Positions 54,490 to 64,000 of a DNA stretch of 64,000 bases are shown here, piece by piece. The notes under the pieces are model-generated. The model did no database searches and had not been told where the DNA came from. It saw only the letters and a list, made by a program, of their open reading frames with translations. Source of the stretch: a virus. The position numbers and the translations under genes are program-made. The number at the start of each line of letters is the position of its first letter. Position 1 is the first letter of the stretch. The stretch covers positions 123,325 through 187,324 of IMG/VR virus record IMGVR_UViG_3300047494_000112; one strand, given 5' to 3'.

Positions 54490-55125
54490 ATGAATACTAA
54501 ACAACGTCAAGCTTTAGCTGAAATTGGTCATCCTAAGCATTTAGATAAGCTAGTTTCAGATAAAGATTCAGATGTAAGATATGCAGTAGCTATAAGTGGA
54601 AACGACTCTCATAGAGACAAGCTAATTTCAGATAAAGATTTAGATGTAAGACAAGCAGTAGCTGAGAATGGAAATGATTCCCATAAAGACAAGCTAATTT
54701 CAGATCACGATGAAGATGTAAGACAAGCAGTAGCTGAGAATGGAAACGATTCTCACAGAGATGAGCTAATATCAGATCCAAATAAATATGTAAGATATGC
54801 AGTAGCTAGGTACGGAAACGATTCTCATAGAGACAAGCTAGTTTCAGATAAAGATGAGAATGTAAGATGTGCAGTAGCTTGGAAGGGAAATGATTCCCAT
54901 AGGGACAAATTAATGTCAGATCCAAGTGAGTTTGTAAGACGGGCGATAGCTAAGCATGGAAATGACTCCCATAGAGACAAGCTAGTTTCAGATCCAGAGG
55001 AATATGTAAGATATGCAGTAGCTCAGCATGGAAATGTTAGTCATGCAAGATCTTTACTAAAAGATAAAGATAAAGAAGTTAGATTTGCTGCAAAACAAAG
55101 ACTAAAAGAGTTAGGAGAAAAATAA
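54490..55125 (+). CDS. HEAT/LRV-like repeat protein 1 (N-cap, 7 x 24-aa repeats, C-cap)
   Basis: DSHRDKLVSD-xxxx-VR-x-AVA-xx-GN repeats, 72 nt each. Confidence 0.9.
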   Translation: MNTKQRQALAEIGHPKHLDKLVSDKDSDVRYAVAISGNDSHRDKLISDKDLDVRQAVAENGNDSHKDKLISDHDEDVRQAVAENGNDSHRDELISDPNKYVRYAVARYGNDSHRDKLVSDKDENVRCAVAWKGNDSHRDKLMSDPSEFVRRAIAKHGNDSHRDKLVSDPEEYVRYAVAQHGNVSHARSLLKDKDKEVRFAAKQRLKELGEK

Positions 55126-55127
55126 AA

Positions 55128-55766
55128 ATGACACCTAACCAACGCCAAGCTCTAGCTTCAATTAGCCATCCTAAGCATTTAGACAAGCTAGTTTCAGATA
55201 AAGATTCAGATGTAAGACAAGCAGTAGCTGAGCATGGAAACGATTCCCATAAGGATAAGCTAATTAAAGATAAAGATTCAGATGTAAGACATGCAGTAGC
55301 TCAGCATGGAAATGACTCTCACAGAGATAAGCTAGTATCAGATCCAAGTGAGTATGTAAGACATGCAGTAGCTCAGCATGGAAATGACTCTCACAGAGAC
55401 AAGCTAGTTTCAGATCCAAATTCAGGTGTAAGATATGCAGTAGCTGAGAATGGAAATGACTCTCATAGAGACAAGCTAGTTTCAGATCCAAGTGAGTATG
55501 TAAGATATGTAGTAGCTAAGCATGGAAACGATTCTCACAGAGATAAGCTAGTAAAAGATAAAGATCTAGATGTAAGATATGCAGTAGCTGAGCATGGAAA
55601 TGATTCTCATAGAGACAAGCTAATTTCAGATCCAGATTGGCATGTAAGACGTGCAGTAGCTGAGAATGGAAATGTTAATCATGCAAAAGCTTTACTAGAC
55701 GATAAAGATAAAAAAGTTAGACTTGCTGCAAGACATAGACTAAAAGCATTAGGAGTTAAATCTTGA
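55128..55766 (+). CDS. HEAT/LRV-like repeat protein 2 (7 repeats)
   Basis: Same scaffold and caps as 54490..55125. Confidence 0.9.
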   Translation: MTPNQRQALASISHPKHLDKLVSDKDSDVRQAVAEHGNDSHKDKLIKDKDSDVRHAVAQHGNDSHRDKLVSDPSEYVRHAVAQHGNDSHRDKLVSDPNSGVRYAVAENGNDSHRDKLVSDPSEYVRYVVAKHGNDSHRDKLVKDKDLDVRYAVAEHGNDSHRDKLISDPDWHVRRAVAENGNVNHAKALLDDKDKKVRLAARHRLKALGVKS

Positions 55767-57370
55767 GTTTTACATTTAACGGTAACAGCGCAGATTACTC
55801 GAATACGGCAGGTTACGAAGCAATAGCTCCAGAAAACACAGGGATTGGCTGGATTGCACAAACACGATTAAATGGCTTAGTAGCTCGTGCTAATCAAAAA
55901 TTAATTAATGCTATGAAAGTTGATGGCGTGCCTTTGACTGTATGGGTAAAGACTCAGACAGGTTATCCATGTACGTGCTGTGCATCAGATAAAGTCACGT
56001 CGGGCCTTTTATCCTCTTCAGTTGAAAATGCTCAATCTACAAATCATTTTTATACTGATCTCGACGCCTCAGCTTTGCCTGATCCAACCGAACAAAAATT
56101 TAAAGCTGTTAGATTAAAAAGTGTAGATTTAGTCAACGATATCTCAGATCCAATTTGGGCCAGCTTAGCTAATCCAACAAGTAACAAGATAATTACTCCT
56201 GAAATAAATGAAACCAACCAATTAAATCAAGGAGTACAGGTTAATCTAAATCAAAACGAAGATTTAGATATTTTTGTACCTAATGCAAATCAAGTTGAAG
56301 GTCAATCTGAATACGGTGATTTTGAATTAGATGATTTCTTTGCAGGTGGAGATTCTGGAGCCGTATTTGGCGGTGATAAAACTGCTTGTGGAATTTGTTT
56401 TACCTCAGGTTTTACTCAAGGCTATTCACTATTAAATGGTCAGCGCATTGTTTTAGATGCTTCAGGTTCAGTGCCTTTTTCTTTACAAGGGGCTGATTTA
56501 ATTTCCAGCACCTATCCTAACTCTTTTAATCTACCAGTGAATAACACCGGCGTGTTTTGGCAATTAGAGCTACCTGTATTCTGCAAAGAATGGATAAACG
56601 TTAGAGCTAGGAATAATTTAAAACCAGCTCAATGGGTAATAATTGAATATAGCCTTGATGCTGTAAATTGGAATTTATTAACGTTAGATATTTTGAACGG
56701 AACTAGTAATTCTTATACACGCTTATGGTACATTCGCGCTAGAAGAGACCCTGCAGCAACACAGGTTTCACAGGTAACTTTTACACACTTGGAATTGATG
56801 GTCATTACCTCTGATCCAATTCCTTCACAAACACCAAATTTTTCCTACAACACAGATTTTAATCAGTATGATGCCATTGTAAATACAACTTTTGACGTTG
56901 CACCCACTGTAAATATGATTCCCCGAGAATCCGTTTTTAGCGATAACAAATATGGACTATTTTGGAAAGTAATAGATATTACGCCTCAAATGACCTCAGG
57001 CCAACAAATCTTTGGATTTACAGTTAATGCTAGGCTAGTACAAAGACACGAACAGCTCTATAACCTACACTCTCTATACGTTGAGGTTCCAACTTATATG
57101 TCTGTATTGGGGGCATCTGGTACAAATCTTAGTGGCTATAATTCTACTCTACCTAACCAGTTAAACGAAATCGCTGCAACTACAGCACCGTTTACTGGAT
57201 TAGAACAGGTTCAAGGTGGGTACTCTATCGTTAATTCAGAGGAACAACAAGGTGGACAACAAGTAGATAATATAGGATTAGATGACACCCAACCAATTGA
57301 ATATGATATTCAGGATACAGCTACAGTAGAATCTGGTTATCATCCTCCTGACAATCAAGGTACGTCATGA
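55763..57370 (+). CDS. Probable virion structural protein (neck/head-closure-like; CTCC and CGIC.TSGFT.GY motifs)
   Basis: 535 aa; N/Q/T/S-rich; Cys motifs; coupled to LRV genes on both sides; located in the structural module. Confidence 0.55.
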   Translation: MSFTFNGNSADYSNTAGYEAIAPENTGIGWIAQTRLNGLVARANQKLINAMKVDGVPLTVWVKTQTGYPCTCCASDKVTSGLLSSSVENAQSTNHFYTDLDASALPDPTEQKFKAVRLKSVDLVNDISDPIWASLANPTSNKIITPEINETNQLNQGVQVNLNQNEDLDIFVPNANQVEGQSEYGDFELDDFFAGGDSGAVFGGDKTACGICFTSGFTQGYSLLNGQRIVLDASGSVPFSLQGADLISSTYPNSFNLPVNNTGVFWQLELPVFCKEWINVRARNNLKPAQWVIIEYSLDAVNWNLLTLDILNGTSNSYTRLWYIRARRDPAATQVSQVTFTHLELMVITSDPIPSQTPNFSYNTDFNQYDAIVNTTFDVAPTVNMIPRESVFSDNKYGLFWKVIDITPQMTSGQQIFGFTVNARLVQRHEQLYNLHSLYVEVPTYMSVLGASGTNLSGYNSTLPNQLNEIAATTAPFTGLEQVQGGYSIVNSEEQQGGQQVDNIGLDDTQPIEYDIQDTATVESGYHPPDNQGTS

Positions 57371-57858
57371 CACCTAACCAACGCAAAGCTTTAGCTTCAA
57401 TTAGCCATCCTAAGCATTTAGATAAGCTAATTAAAGATTCACATGTAGGTGTAAGATATGCAGTAGCTGAGAATGGAAACGATTACCATAGAGACAAGCT
57501 AGTTTCAGATCCAAATTGGTATGTAAGACAAGCAGTAGCTGAGAATGGAAACGATTACCATAGAGACAAGCTAGTTTCAGATCCAAATTGGTATGTAAGA
57601 CAAGCAGTAGCTTGGAATGGAAATGACTCTCACAGAGACAAGCTAGTTAAAGATACAGATTGGATTGTAAGACAAGCAGTAGCTGAGCATGGAAATGATT
57701 CTTATAGAGACAAGCTTGTCTCAGATCCAGATTGGCATGTAAGACAAGCAGTAGCTAGGAATGGAAATGCTAACCATGCTAAAGCTTTGCTAAAAGATAA
57801 AGATAAAAATGTTAGAGATATTGCAAAAAATAGACTAAAAGATTTAGGAGCACAGTAA
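57367..57858 (+). CDS. HEAT/LRV-like repeat protein 3 (5 repeats)
   Basis: Same scaffold; exact 72-nt tandem duplication at 57469-57540 and 57541-57612. Confidence 0.9.
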   Translation: MTPNQRKALASISHPKHLDKLIKDSHVGVRYAVAENGNDYHRDKLVSDPNWYVRQAVAENGNDYHRDKLVSDPNWYVRQAVAWNGNDSHRDKLVKDTDWIVRQAVAEHGNDSYRDKLVSDPDWHVRQAVARNGNANHAKALLKDKDKNVRDIAKNRLKDLGAQ

Positions 57859-58181
57859 TGATTAGAATAAATTTACCTCCAGCTGCAAAAATAAACAGAC
57901 AACAACGTTATGCAGCAATTAAAAATGTTGACCCAAAACCTTCGTTTATGCAAAAGCCTCTTCCGCCTACTTCTAGTACGGAAATTCGCACTCGATTACC
58001 TACAATGGAAACTGCATCAACCTGCAGACGCAACCCTAGAATTTCAACGGTGCGATAATGGATGTGTGGTAATAAAGACCACGCTAAAGCTCTATTAAAA
58101 GACACTGACCCGGATGTTCGTAAACGTGCTAAATATAAACTTGATCAGTTAAATTCAAAAAAATCTAATTCAAATTCATAA
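57858..58181 (+). pseudogene. Degenerate LRV-family paralog (in-frame TAA at 58056, then an intact C-cap)
   Basis: ...ISTVR*WMCGNKDHAKALLKDTDPDVRKRAKYKLDQL matches the C-cap of the paralogs. Confidence 0.55.
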
Positions 58182-58233
58182 TTACTTTTTGAGAGTCTAA
58201 AAAGACCTCATTCACTACACTTAGGAGAAAGTC

Positions 58234-58871
58234 ATGTTTGGTCTACGCCGTAGAAAAACCAATATGACCAGAGACAAGAAAACGGGTAGGATGCGAAGAA
58301 AAGACCCAAAACGTTCTAGAGCTGCCAAAAAAGCAGCTCGAAAGCGTATTGGTAAGCATTTATCAGCAGCTACTCGTCGAAAAATTGCACGTTCAGAACA
58401 ACGTGCAAGAAAAACCGGAAGAACCAAAGCAGGCCGTAGAGTAATCAAGGCTGCCGTAGTGCCGGTAATTGGACCCAACGCTAAACGTAAAAGGATATCA
58501 CTTGTGACTAAAGCTAAAAAAGCGGCTGCGAAAACAGCCTTGAAGCCGGCGAAACTAATTGCAGTTACAGCTAGTACAAAAAAGAAAGTAAAAGCTGTCA
58601 AGGCTGTAAAGCCTGCCAAAGGCACAAAAGCTGCTCCGAAGAAAGAAACCAAAGCTAAAGCTGTAAAGGTTGTTAAGGCCAAGAAGGCGGGACTGCAAAG
58701 GTCAAAGCCACAAAAGTTAAGGCTGCAACAAAGACTTCGCCTAAGACTGCACGTACAAAGGTAACAGCTTCCGCCAAAAAGACGACCCCTAAAGGAAAGA
58801 CCAAAAATTTGGTCAAGGCCAAAGGTACACGTATCAAGAAAGCAACGCCTTCCGTTATTACAGTTAAATAA
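58234..58871 (+). CDS. Arg/Lys/Ala-rich histone/protamine-like protein, apparently frameshifted near 58690
   Basis: Annotated frame ends at 58764. The -1 frame from 58692 continues TAKVKATKVKAATKTSPKTARTK...VITVK to TAA at 58871, just before a terminator. Confidence 0.75.
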
Positions 58872-58885
58872 ACTAATAGAGTATT

Positions 58886-58913
58886 GGTGAGAGTGTAAAA
58901 ACTCTCACCTTTT
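58886..58913 (+). terminator. Rho-independent terminator
   Basis: ggtgagagt-gtaaaa-actctcacc then tttt. Confidence 0.8.
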
Positions 58914-58928
58914 CTAGGAGGCAAGTCA

Positions 58929-60086
58929 TTGCCGTCGACTGCAAATATTCGTAAGTATCAAAACCTTCGTGCTGTATCTTTACATTTAGTTGAGATTAAT
59001 AAACAGCACCAAGCTCTCGCGAAAACCATTGATAAGATTGTCAAAGCCAACGATAAAGTTATTACCGTTGGTCCTTCTGCACGACAAAAAATTACTGTAA
59101 AACAAGCACTACCTCAGCCGATAGTTGATAAAATTGCAAACAATAGCAAGGTAATTGACAAGCTTAGCCAGCAATATGCTGCGCTATCAAACATGATTCT
59201 TAATCTAAATACTCAATTCAAGACTTCAAATGTTGATCCCAAATTGGTTGATCTATTAACGTCTAAAATTGCTGAATTACAAAATCAAATTCGGTCACAA
59301 AGAGATATAGCCAATAAAGCAGCTACCCACTATGGTCAGTCTTACGCATCTAATGTTGGGATTAGCTATGCCAAAAAAATCATGAATTTTTTAAACAAAA
59401 AATTCAGCACCAAAGGTACAATGATTACTACCTCAGGTATGATTGACGGTCAGCCTTGTATTACTCATTTTGTAAAATACGAAAACATTAAGAATGATAA
59501 AGATGAAATTGAACCGATGGTTACGGTAGCAATTTCGGAGTATCAAGGTCATCATTGGATTAATCCTAATTCAGTTCAGCCTCGCTCTGTAGGAAAATTT
59601 AGATTAGGTTTTCAATTAGATGATGATGAAAAGAAAGCTCTCATTCAGATTCAACGCTACGTTCAAGAACAAATGGCTGCTGATTCTTTATCATCAACTC
59701 ATTCTTTGAAGCTAATACCGATTACCAAAAAGCAGGCAGGACTACAAAAATATAATAATGCTGTCTTTACTGACAAGTCGATAGTTGTTACTTTTCCTAA
59801 AAAAGAGATTAAGACAGAAGCTCAAGCCAAAGAAAGAGCGGAAGCAATTTATCGCAACATCCATCATGCTTATGTTGCTTCACATCCAGGAAAGAGATCT
59901 TTTGATCGGATTGTTTATCCTATTAAACAAGTGGGTGATAACTGGGTTGTAACGTACATGTTTGTCACTGGTGATAAATTTACAGGACGAACAATGACCA
60001 ATGATGAACATCAAAAATTAAATAACATTTTTGATCCTCATGAAGTAGCTGTTTTGAAAAAAGCTCTTAACAGCATGTTTGATTAA
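58929..60086 (+). CDS. Hypothetical protein (possibly structural), N-terminal coiled coil
   Basis: 385 aa; AGGAGG RBS with TTG start. Confidence 0.75.
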   Translation: MPSTANIRKYQNLRAVSLHLVEINKQHQALAKTIDKIVKANDKVITVGPSARQKITVKQALPQPIVDKIANNSKVIDKLSQQYAALSNMILNLNTQFKTSNVDPKLVDLLTSKIAELQNQIRSQRDIANKAATHYGQSYASNVGISYAKKIMNFLNKKFSTKGTMITTSGMIDGQPCITHFVKYENIKNDKDEIEPMVTVAISEYQGHHWINPNSVQPRSVGKFRLGFQLDDDEKKALIQIQRYVQEQMAADSLSSTHSLKLIPITKKQAGLQKYNNAVFTDKSIVVTFPKKEIKTEAQAKERAEAIYRNIHHAYVASHPGKRSFDRIVYPIKQVGDNWVVTYMFVTGDKFTGRTMTNDEHQKLNNIFDPHEVAVLKKALNSMFD

Positions 60087-60090
60087 CAGA

Positions 60091-60583
60091 ATGAACACAC
60101 TTGAACAACGCATAGCTTTAGCTAAAATTGGTCATCCTAAACATTTAGACAAGCTAGTCTCAGATCCAAGTAAGCATGTAAGACATGCAGTAGCTGAGAA
60201 TGGAAATGATTCTCATAGAGACAAGCTAGTTTCAGATCCAGATTGGAGTGTAAGATATGCAGTAGCTATAGAGGGGAATGACTCTCATAGAGACAAGCTA
60301 GTTTCAGATAAAGATTGGCATGTAAGACATGCAGTAGCTGAGAATGGAAATGATTCTCATAGAGACAAGCTAGTAAAAGATCCAAATGGATATGTAAGAT
60401 ATGCAGTAGCTAGGTATGGAAACGACTCATAGAGACAAGCTAATTTCGGATCCAAGTGAGTTTGTAAGACGTGCAGTAGCTTGGAAAGGAAATGCTAACC
60501 ATGCTAAAGCTTTGCTAAATGATAAAGATAAAAATGTTAGAGATGCTGCAAAAGGTAGACTAAAAAAGTTAGGAGTACGGTAA
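60091..60583 (+). pseudogene. HEAT/LRV-like repeat protein 4 (5 repeats) with a 2-nt deletion near 60427
   Basis: aacgactcataga instead of aacgactctcataga; the shifted frame carries repeat 5 and the C-cap to TAA at 60583. Confidence 0.8.
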
Positions 60584-61051
60584 ATGAAAGAATTAAACGG
60601 CGTACCTATATTTGATACTAGCATGCCCAGTCAAGGCAAGAAAATAGGTGGGTCACCTCCTAATACTAGCTTTTTTCCTAGTGGTCTGGCTGATACTTCT
60701 TCAATGCGAAATGCTTCAAAATCTTACACCGAAGAAAAACGTATGCACTTTATTCGTCGCATGTTGAAAAATGTATCTATACCCGAACATAAGGAAAAAG
60801 ATATTCAGATTCAAATGTACAACGGACAACCTATGATGAGTAATCCTCCTTATGGTTTTTTACCTTTTATGTTAATGTCAGAAAGAGGTGAAGTTAGTAA
60901 GGAAGCTTTAATTAAAGCCATAAACTGGTGCGGAGATCGTAAAAAAGAATACGAAAAATCTGGTGATTATTTTCGCATGTGGCTTTTTGCTCAACGTCAA
61001 AGCATGTTGTCCGGAATACTGACTCACCTTGTTAAATTCTCTCTAGCCTAA
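60584..61051 (+). CDS. Hypothetical protein
   Basis: TAAATG coupling; 155 aa. Confidence 0.7.
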   Translation: MKELNGVPIFDTSMPSQGKKIGGSPPNTSFFPSGLADTSSMRNASKSYTEEKRMHFIRRMLKNVSIPEHKEKDIQIQMYNGQPMMSNPPYGFLPFMLMSERGEVSKEALIKAINWCGDRKKEYEKSGDYFRMWLFAQRQSMLSGILTHLVKFSLA

Positions 61052-61108
61052 ATTTATATAACAGACAATTTTATATTAACAATACTTTTTCATAAGGAAT
61101 TAAACATT

Positions 61109-61555
61109 ATGCCTAAATCAGGTGCTCTCGAAACTGGCGTCCTTAACCTTGTTCTTAACGCCACAGGTATTGCAAATATTGCAGATAATACCGCAACTTC
61201 TCCTTTGACCAATCTATACTTTGCTCTTCATACAGCTTCTCCTGGCGCTTCTGGCAATCAAAGTGCTAACGAAATATCTTACACTGGTTATTCTAGAGTA
61301 GCTGTTCTTCGTAACACAGGTTCACCTGCTTGGACCTTGACAGGTACTAATCCTGTTTCCGCTTCACCAAACTCTAACGTTACTTTTGGCACTAGCACTG
61401 GCGGTACTGGTGGTACAATTACCTATTTTTCACTTGGCTCTTTAGCAAGTGGTGCTGGCGTAATTTATTACTATGGTACTGTTACTCCTAATATCACAGT
61501 TACTACCGGTGTTGCTCCTCAGCTAACAACGGCTTCAACCATCACGGAAACCTAA
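61109..61555 (+). CDS. Phage tail/tail-fibre-associated structural protein
   Basis: LYFALHTASPG...EISYTGYSRVAV...VTF...GTITYF pattern typical of phage tail-fibre-associated proteins. Confidence 0.75.
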   Translation: MPKSGALETGVLNLVLNATGIANIADNTATSPLTNLYFALHTASPGASGNQSANEISYTGYSRVAVLRNTGSPAWTLTGTNPVSASPNSNVTFGTSTGGTGGTITYFSLGSLASGAGVIYYYGTVTPNITVTTGVAPQLTTASTITET

Positions 61556-61557
61556 TT

Positions 61558-62400
61558 ATGGCTGGAGGTTGGCCTATACTACCCGAGTTTAGTAATGCTA
61601 ACGACCAAGGTACTGTACTATCTGTTAGTTCTGGTACCTTGGTCACATCTAGCTCAACAGCAAAAACTAAAGGAGCTTACACACAGTTAGTGGCTTCAAC
61701 GCCATATGATGCTATAGGATTCTTGCTAATCGTAAACGTTACTCCAATTACTACAGGCGTTAGTGCAATTACAGTTGATATTGCAATTGGTCCTTCAGGT
61801 TCTGAATTAAATATTTTAACGGATTTTTATATTCCTAATGTGGGCATCCAAGAAACTAACGACGTAATGATCTATCTTCCTTGCTTGATACCTGCAGGAA
61901 CTAGAATTTCTAGTAGAGTTGCAGGCTTACAAGCTTCAAAGTCTGCAACTATTAGCCTGGTAATGTTCGATAGTGATTTTATAGACGTAGATACTTCTAG
62001 TACTTATGATACCTTAGGTTTTAGTGAAGCTAATTTGAATGGAACAGCAGTCACTAATAGCAGCACGGTAAATCAAAAAGGAGCATTTACAACCATTGTA
62101 TCAGCTACAAGTTATGATTACAGCGGATTTGTTGTTGTATTTGATGCTAGAAATACATCAAATTCAAATGCTCCTATTAATCTTTTAGTTGACATTGCTA
62201 TCGGCCCAGCCGGTTCTGAAGTTGTAATTTTACCGAATCTGCAGATTACAATCAAATCACCGACAAACTCTAGCGCAAGTCCTACAAACACTCCTTTTTT
62301 ACCAATTCCTATACCTGCAGGCTTACGAGTATCTGCCAGAACTTCTGGCGCGGTAGCTAGTACAGCTTTAGGCGTAACCATTATAGCAGCGAGGTTTTAA
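61558..62400 (+). CDS. Virion protein with an internally duplicated beta-rich domain
   Basis: KGAYTQLVAST.YD...DIAIGPSGSE vs KGAFTTIVSATSYD...DIAIGPAGSE. Confidence 0.7.
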   Translation: MAGGWPILPEFSNANDQGTVLSVSSGTLVTSSSTAKTKGAYTQLVASTPYDAIGFLLIVNVTPITTGVSAITVDIAIGPSGSELNILTDFYIPNVGIQETNDVMIYLPCLIPAGTRISSRVAGLQASKSATISLVMFDSDFIDVDTSSTYDTLGFSEANLNGTAVTNSSTVNQKGAFTTIVSATSYDYSGFVVVFDARNTSNSNAPINLLVDIAIGPAGSEVVILPNLQITIKSPTNSSASPTNTPFLPIPIPAGLRVSARTSGAVASTALGVTIIAARF

Positions 62401-62732
62401 TGACTTGGACAATTGATCAGTCTGGTACAACCAGCACATTAACAATTGGTGCCTCAGCACAGTTGGGTACAAATAGCACCACAAATGCTACATATGTTTT
62501 AAAGTTTAATGCTTCAAATTTGGCATTAGGTGATGTATTAGAAGCTAGAATCTTTACACAAGATCTTTCATCAGGGTCTTTGGTTCAGGTTTGGAAAGCT
62601 TCATTTTCAAATTCACAAATTAATCCACTAAAGCTTAGTCCTCCGGTATCTTCTGATATAGCTTTAGCTTGCTATTTAACTCAAGTTGCCGGTACAGGTA
62701 GAACCTTTACTTGGGAGATTTTGCGTATCTAA
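62400..62732 (+). CDS. Small virion structural protein
   Basis: T/S-rich beta protein ending LTQVAGTGRTFTWEI; coupled to the previous gene. Confidence 0.65.
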   Translation: MTWTIDQSGTTSTLTIGASAQLGTNSTTNATYVLKFNASNLALGDVLEARIFTQDLSSGSLVQVWKASFSNSQINPLKLSPPVSSDIALACYLTQVAGTGRTFTWEILRI

Positions 62733-62747
62733 AAAAGGTAGACCTAA

Positions 62748-64000
62748 ATGTATTTCTACTATGGACTAACGCAGGAAATTCCCAGTACAATTGTTTCCTC
62801 AGCCAGTGCTTTTACCGCTGGTTCGTCCTTAGTAATAGGTAAAGGCGTAACACAGACAAAAATTGTAGGTACAGCTTCTGGCATTGCAAATGTATCTGGT
62901 TCAAGTAGCTCAACTACCTACGTTACAGCTCCCGGTTCCGCAATTGGTATAGCAACAGCATCAGGAGCTGCTTTAGCTAATGTGTCTAGTGCATTTAGTG
63001 CTGTAGGCATAACAAATGTTATAGGTTCAGTCTACCAAATAAATAACAGTTTATTTTTGGCTAGTGGTTCTTCTGTAGCTATAGGTGGTAGTAACTCTAC
63101 AACTTATATATCAGCATCCGGATCCGCTTTAGGTATGGGTTCTGCATCAAGTGTCGGAGTAGCTGAAAGCTTTGGCTTATTCTCAGCTGATAGTTTTTCA
63201 AATGTTTTTGCTACAGCAATCGAACAGCAAAATAGCACTGGCGTTGCATCAGGTTTTGGAGATTCTGCATTTGTAGGTGTATCTACAAATTCAGCGTCAG
63301 CTGCAACAAATGGAACATCGGCGGTATCTGGTACTTCTCTATCTACTTTCTTTGCTTCTGGTTCAGCTGATGGCTTTGGAGATGGCTTAGGTTCTGGAGT
63401 AAGTTTAGATCAAGCTATAGCATCAAGTGATAGCGCAACTAACGTTAGTGGAATTGGTTATTCTACCACTTTTATTTCAGCCACAGGAACCTCAGACAGT
63501 ATCGGAGAGGGTTTAGGTAGTGGTGTTGGATTAACAAATTCTACCTTATCTTGTGATAGCTTTTCTAGCGCGTAACTGGTCAAATTTATGCTTTAGCAAC
63601 TTTTCAAGCTTCTGCTTCGGGTTCAGCAGTTGTCAATGCTCCTAGTTTACAGCTGTCTCCTGCATTAGCATCAAGTGATGGTATAAGTAATGCTTTAGGC
63701 TTAGGATTTAGCATTAATCAAGCTATTGCAAGCTCTAACGGCTTAACTGAAGTATCAGGCTCTAGCACTTCTACAAAATATCTGTCTGGTGTAGCTGAAT
63801 CTACTGGGATAAGCTTAGCTTTATTTGTTGGTACTGAAATAACAGTAGCCACAGGTCTAAGCAATGGCTTGGGAGACGGCTTAGGATCAGGCGTAGCTAA
63901 TACATTTATTTCAGGTGAATCTGATAGTATAGCTACCGTACAAGCTAACTCTATAGCTTTATTCAATTCAGCTTTTGAAGCTGATGGTATTACTCTAGTT
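62748..64000 (+). CDS. Ser/Gly/Ala-rich repetitive virion (tail-fibre-like) protein, frameshifted near 63570, running off the window
   Basis: Annotated frame stops at 63575. The -1 frame from 63572 (VTGQIYALATFQASASGSA...) stays open with the same repeat character to 64000. Confidence 0.7.

Noticed and set aside
54490-60583. CRISPR array or classical DGR for the 72-nt repeats
   Set aside because: The repeats are in-frame coding units without unique spacers. No RT or non-coding template is in the window, scaffold adenines at synonymous sites are invariant, and C/T synonymous variation exists.

Overview
A 64 kb segment of a large (jumbo-type) tailed-phage genome in the standard genetic code. 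Genes are densely packed and almost all on the + strand, with one short minus-strand block at 52.0-54.4 kb. The host is inferred to be an alphaproteobacterium from a stand-alone GcrA C-terminal-like domain. Recognisable content: five tRNAs (Arg-TCT, Met/Ile2-CAT, Val-TAC, Gln-TTG, Leu-TAA); a Dda/RecD-like SF1B helicase; a two-subunit type IIA topoisomerase; a vWA protein plus a divergent PurA-like synthetase; an NAD-dependent DNA ligase; a PRPS-like + NAMPT-like pair with the NARP1 arrangement; QueE; an SbcD-like nuclease; a DnaG-like primase; a RuvC-like resolvase; several histone-like or acidic proteins; and the start of a virion/tail module. Best leads for new biology: (1) a family of 4-5 capped, 24-aa HEAT/LRV-repeat genes with near-invariant DNA scaffolds and hypervariable surface codons, resembling a natural binder library; (2) a two-copy structured intergenic RNA motif with alternative pairings; (3) a PurA-like enzyme lacking the canonical aspartate- and GTP-binding motifs; (4) an ART-like domain in frame with an HU-like protein; (5) a 14-bp duplication of the tRNA-Val 5' end flanking the helicase. 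Several frameshifts near the right end may be sequencing artefacts. All family assignments come from motif recognition by eye; no database search was run.
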